From assembly GCF_000315625.1 (NCBI RefSeq), contig NW_005434582.1, positions 62,001 to 126,000 on the forward strand: a DNA stretch of 64,000 bases, in the 5' to 3' direction. The DNA is from Guillardia theta CCMP2712. Taxonomy: Eukaryota > Protista > Cryptophyta. A program made the position numbers and the translations under genes. Shown piece after piece: positions 58,706 through 64,000 of this stretch. The first letter of the stretch is position 1, and every line of letters starts with the position of its first letter. The notes under the pieces are model-generated. The model was not told the DNA's origin and made no database searches. It saw nothing but the letters and a program-made list of their open reading frames with translations.

Positions 58706-58976
58706 NNNNNNNNNNNNNNNNNNNNNNNNNNNNNNNNNNNNNNNNNNNNNNNNNNNNNNNNNNNNNNNNNNNNNNNNNNNNNNNNNNNNNNNNNNNNNNN
58801 NNNNNACCACTCACCTCCTCCTCCTCCTTCTCCTCCTCCTTCTCCTCCTCCTCCTCCTCCTCCTCCTCCTCCTCCTCCTCCTCCTCCTCCTCCTCATCCT
58901 CATCCTCATCCTCATCCTCATCATCATCATCATCATCCTCCTCCTCCTCCTCCTCCTCCTTCTCCCTTCTGATCTC

Positions 58977-59883
58977 CTATGTAGGAGCCAGGAACCGAGG
59001 AGAATCCACTTCCGTCGGACCTCGGCGAGTCTCCAGCGCTCCTCTCATGTAGTTTGGGGATGACAGAGGAGGTCGTTGGCGTGCAGGGCCAGGAATCAAC
59101 GGCTCGTTCTTCGATCCCATCGCCTTCAACATCCGGGAGGTGAGAAGGAGCACCTGTACGGAAGAGATGGGAGGGGAAGGAGGTAGAGGAAGGAAGGAGC
59201 AGGGGGGAACAGGAGGAGGGGAGTAGGGAGGGGAGGAAAGGGTGGGTTGGGGAAGAGAGGAGAGGAGAGGAGAGGAGAGGAGGGGGGGCAGGGGAGAGGG
59301 GAAGAGAGGAGAAGAGAGGAGAGCAATACTTGTGAAGGTCTTGTTGTGAGATGGTTGCCGGCAGTTTGGGCATGCAGACGGAGGGAGGGCGATCAAAGAT
59401 CTCGACGAAGAGACTCTACGAGAGCTGCGGGAGGATGCGATCAAGTGCCCTCCCGAGTTTGCATCTGACGTGAGAAGATCGTCAATGCCGAAGATGTTCT
59501 TGTGGCGAGGGCGAGTGTTGACGCTGATTGCAGTTTTACTTCGGCCTTGACAAGCTTGAAGATCATCAGGTTGGAACAGTTGGAGTTTGATGTGATGTGA
59601 TGTGATGTGATGTGACGGTGAGCTGCTCCTAGAGGGCGATGTTGAAGCCAAAGTCAAAGTTCGATGTCGAGCCTCAACAGTCAAAGAAGGTGCGAGGGCG
59701 AGGAGGAAGAGGCTCGTCTGATGGAGGGTCGAAAGGTCAAGCGCTCTGCAAGCGGAGAAGACTGGCGTGTGGATTTCTTCAAGGTAGTTTGCGATGGGTC
59801 AAACTCGTTGGTTATGGATCTTGATCATTTCTACTGATGGCGTTCATGACTGTCAGCTATGGTTGTGATTTTTTGGTTTTCGT

Positions 59884-59953
<70 letters not shown>

Positions 59954-59966
59954 AATGGTGATGATA

Positions 59967-60015
<49 letters not shown>

Positions 60016-60908
60016 GGAGGAGGAGGAGGAGGAGGAGGAGGATGACAATGTTCATGACTATGTTCTCTTCTTGAATCTACTTCTCTCCAACCTTCACAAT
60101 TTTGATACAATTTTGACACATTTGAGTCAGAATTCTGCACAATCCTCCCGCTCTCGTGATAGTGGAATGGACGCGAGAGCTCGGGCAGAACAGGTAAGAT
60201 GATGACGCAAAACGATCGTCATCATCATCATCATCATCATCATCATTAGCGTAGTCTCCATCATCATCATCATCATCATCAGCATCAGCATCAGCGTCAT
60301 CATCGTCAGCATCACCACCACCGCCGCCGCCGCCGCCGCCGCCACCACCATCCTCACCCTCACTCGCTTTCTCATCATTATCATCTCCACCGCTACCATC
60401 AATCTGATCAATTTTCTTAGCGCATGTTAGAAGAAGCCATCGCAGAGTCTGCACGACTAGCAGAGAAGTGAGTTGTGATCTTGATAAGGAAAGGTGGTTC
60501 ATACGGAGTGTCATGAGCAGGAAGAAGAAGAAAGGCGATCAACAAGAGCAAGTTGAAAAAGGAGAGCACGACGAAGAGATGCAAGAGATGGAAGTAAGCA
60601 TTCAGTTGTCTCTTTCTTTGGATCTTTGTCTTGTGCTTCGTCTCAGGAAGATCTCTTATTTCATCGCTGTTTGCTTCTCCGCTGCTCGTCCTTTCCTTGA
60701 CTTCTCCGCAAGTCTGCAGATCAACCTAACGGTCAATCCGATATGAATGATCAAGATCAGCCAGAGTTTTCAGCGGGATAATAGAAGATCCGTCGCTTTT
60801 CCATGGTTTATTTCTTGGAGACAATGATCGAAATGCTACCATCATGTCGAAAAAACCACTTGTGATGTCTATCAGTCTTGTCCCTGTTAATCTTTCTTGC
60901 TCCCACAT
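58977..60908 (-). CDS. Multi-exon hypothetical protein (boundaries approximate)
   Basis: Coding-like exons (MWEQERLTGTRLIDITSGFFDMM; MLKAMGSKNEPLIPG..PRFLAPT*) between microsatellite introns. Confidence 0.35.
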
Positions 60909-61365
60909 CGTGGAGAACTGACAAACAGGAATCAATGAATTTTGTGATTCATTCCCTCCTCGTGTTCCACTTCCTTCATCAGATTCCATTTCACTCCGCT
61001 TCCCTTTGGTTTTCCTCCCTCCCTCCCTCCCTCCCTCCCTCCCTGCCCTCCCTCCCTCCCTCCCTCCCTCCCTCCCCTCCCTCCCTCCCTCCNNNNNNNN
61101 NNNNNNNNNNNNNNNNNNNNNNNNNNNNNNNNNNNNNNNNNNNNNNNNNNNNNNNNNNNNNNNNNNNNNNNNNNNNNNNNNNNNNNNNNNNNTCCCTCCC
61201 TCCCTCCCTCCCTCCCTCCCTCCCTCCTCCTCTCCCTGCCTGCCTGCCTGCCTTCCTTCCTGCCTGCCATCAGCTCTCTGCGCTCCTCCTCTCTCATCGT
61301 CTCCATCCCTCCCCTTCTCTCTCATCATCTCCATCCCTCCCATTCTCTCTCATCATCTCCATCAC

Positions 61366-62455
61366 TCACTCTGGATCATACGTGTACCGATGCATCATGA
61401 TATGCAGCTCGTCTTGAACATCATCGTCATACTTGCAACACTCATCATTTCATGTCACCATCATCCATCCCGCACTTGTCAAACTCCGTCTCCTTGTACT
61501 GATGAACGCGGAAACCTGTTTGCTTGTCCCCATGAGAACTCTCGACATGCTCGCAACAGCAACACACCTCCAGCATCGGCGAGATGGGCCAGGAACCTTA
61601 CAAGACACGTTCAACACCTTGGAAGCAGTGAAGTTGTAAAGACAATCTCATCTCACATGAAGGAGAAGGGTCTGTTCATGAAGATGGAGTAGACGATCAC
61701 CTGGACACGGCACATCTCACAACTAGACAACCAATCACAACAGCAAGTTAACATCTCTATGGCAGAATCTCTGCAGCGTCCACAACAACTCCTCGTGTAC
61801 TTCAGGGATACTGAACACTTCCGCTAAGATCACAATGTCAAACTTCACATCTCCCGCTCTTGACAGCGGAGACTGGTCCCAGTACTGCTCTCCCCACCTG
61901 GTTTGATCGTTGTCAGGCCGATGGAACAACAGGAGGCAAAACCTCACGTCAGCTCCTCCACTGAGATCGATCCTCCCTCCACCTTCCTCTCCTCCATGGA
62001 GCCTCCGATGCACTTGACGATGTACTCCCTCCCTCCTGTCTTGACCCCTCGCTCCTCCTCTTCCTTCCACTGCTTGATGTTTGCTCCCAGCACGTCGAGA
62101 TCCCCCAGGGAGGTGTTGGTTGCCGTTACCTGCGCCCCCATCTCGTACAGCCCCCATGCCAGGTGCCCCACCCCAGCCCCTAGCTCAAGGATGCGTTTTC
62201 CTTTGATCTCCTCCTTCATATTTGTCCTACCATCCCACCTTGTAATCAGCAAGAGCTCGGCGCCTCCGTCCTCTGACCTGAAGTAGTTGAGCAGCAGGAG
62301 CGAAGCATTCCACACTATCCCCTCTCCTTCGTTGCTGAAGTCTGCGAGCCGGCGAGCCATCTGCCAGCTCAGGGGTGAGCAGGAGCAGGAGCAAGAGCAA
62401 GAGCAAGAGCAAGAGCAAGAGAAGCAGGAGCAGGAGCAGGAGCAGGAGCAAGAGA

Positions 62456-62524
<69 letters not shown>

Positions 62525-62813
62525 TAGCTGAGACAGCAGCTCCCACATCAACAGCTGCTATCCTAACATGCCCTCCACATCCCCCTGCCCTCCCCTGGCC
62601 TCCTGCAACGATCGCTGTTGCCTCCCTGCTCTCCTCTCGTCCTTTCCTCCTCTCTTCTCCTCCTCTCTTCTCCTCCTCCCCTCCTCTCACTTCCCTTGAT
62701 TGCTTCCTCCCCCTTCCATCTGCTCTCAAACCCTCCAGCATTCTCCCCGGCTCCCTCCTGCTCCTCCCTCTCGCCCACTCCCCCTCGCCTGCTCCTGCAT
62801 TGTTCGGCCGCAT
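61366..62813 (-). CDS. SAM-dependent lysine methyltransferase, METTL21/Methyltransf_16 family
   Basis: GIVWNASLLLLNY, GKRILELGAGVG, ELT|WG, KFDIVILAEVF..LLWTL; last exon ends ..RYTYDPE*; start uncertain. Confidence 0.85.
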
Positions 62814-63026
62814 CTCGGAAAACCTTCAAAGGATTTATTTTTTACCCCAGGTCAACAAATGCAGCGGGGAAATGGGGGGAGGGGGAGTTTGTGCAGGGGA
62901 AGGACATGGCGGGAGGGAGGAGGCGGGCAGGGGGGGGGTAGGAGAGGAGAGAGGAGAGAGGAGAGGAGAGAGGAGAGGAGAGGAGAGAGGACGGCAGCAA
63001 CTCACTTATCAGTATCAGCAGGAGGA

Positions 63027-64000
63027 ATGGCGAGGGCGGGAAGAAGTGAGCTGTAAACCTGGCTGAGTGTTGGAGCATGGCGAGGAGCAGGGGGCGCCTG
63101 CTGTTCGGCATTTCGGTCATGCTGACGATCAGCACCACGTGTGACAGCCATGGCGGGAGCGTCCTGAGCACCATCGTCCACTGCTGGAAGCCGAAGATCG
63201 ACCAAGTGTGCGAGCGGGCCATGAGCTTCAGCAGGGCCATCGAGGAGATTGGTGAGGGTCCGACGAGCAGCATGGCACTGAGCAGGGACATGGCGATCGA
63301 GCCGCACGTCAACCACAGCATCATGATGCACATGGAAGCTATCGACATGCACCTCTCCGCCATCGGCGGCTTCCTGTCGGCGCTGAAACAGGGGCCCAGG
63401 AGCCCGACCCAGGCTAGCAGGGGAGGGACGGTAGGGGATCCGTCGGAGGTGCTAGCGGAGGGGATGTGCAGCGCAGCGTTCAAGGGGGACCTGAAAACTA
63501 TCAAGATGCTGATACAGAACGGAGCCGATCCCGACGCCTGCGACTACTTCCACCGGACTGCGCTGCACCTTGCGTCGGCTGAAGGTCACGTTGAGATAGT
63601 CCGGTACCTGCTGTCCATCAAGGCGAGGGTGGACTGTGTGGACAAGTGGGGAGGGAGTCCTCTGACAGACGCTGTGCGTGCCGGACACGAGCAGATCCAG
63701 AAGCTCCTGCTCGACGCTGGGGCCGGGAGATCCTCCTCTCAGCCCCGCAACGCTCGTCCTGGGCAGCAGGAGAGTTGGCTGATCCGGAGGGAGGACGTGA
63801 GGATGGGCAGGAGGCTCGGGGAGGGAGATCAAGGAGTCGTACTGCAGAGCGAGTGGAGGGGGATGCCCGTGGTGACTAAGATCCTCAAGGATGCAGAGAA
63901 CGTAGAGCAGCAGCATGGGTTCCTGCACGAGATATCCGTCCTCTCCCGGCTGCGCCACCCCAACCTCGTCCTCTTCCTCGGAGCCTGCCTGGACTGGGAC
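63027..64000 (+). CDS. Ankyrin-repeat protein kinase (ILK/TKL-like); runs off the window; start uncertain
   Basis: GADPDACDYFHRTALHLASAEGH, DKWGRSPLTDA; kinase N-lobe LGEGDQGVV..WRGMPVVTKIL, FLHEISVLSRLRHPNLVLFLGAC. Confidence 0.9.

Overview
Intron-rich eukaryotic nuclear DNA with microsatellite-filled introns and three 100-N gaps. A bipartite signal/transit peptide and the intron style suggest a cryptophyte-like alga (inference). Recognisable genes: an SRCR protein (3' part), an intronless cyclic-nucleotide-gated-type K+ channel, a calpain, a U2AF65-like splicing factor, GPATCH11-like, a HIG1/Rcf1 protein, UBXN4-like, a METTL21-type methyltransferase and the start of an ankyrin/ILK-like kinase. 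Four loci stand out. (1) A DUF427 gene (54787-56085) has an in-frame TGA at the conserved Cys position, an intact downstream half and a canonical-looking SECIS hairpin right after the stop, making it a candidate selenoprotein. (2) A plastid-targeted PTOX (39544-42603) is fused to 8 EF-hands and a cNMP-binding-like domain that is split by EF-hands. (3) A ~2.6-kb unit is tandemly triplicated (30188-37178) and carries a presequence/coiled-coil/LYxxLSxxIH gene, a copia RT relic and an inverted copy of part of the gene. (4) Four small paralogous ORFs form two head-to-head inverted pairs (5774-9074). All exon structures were inferred by eye from GT-AG boundaries and motif continuity; no searches were run.
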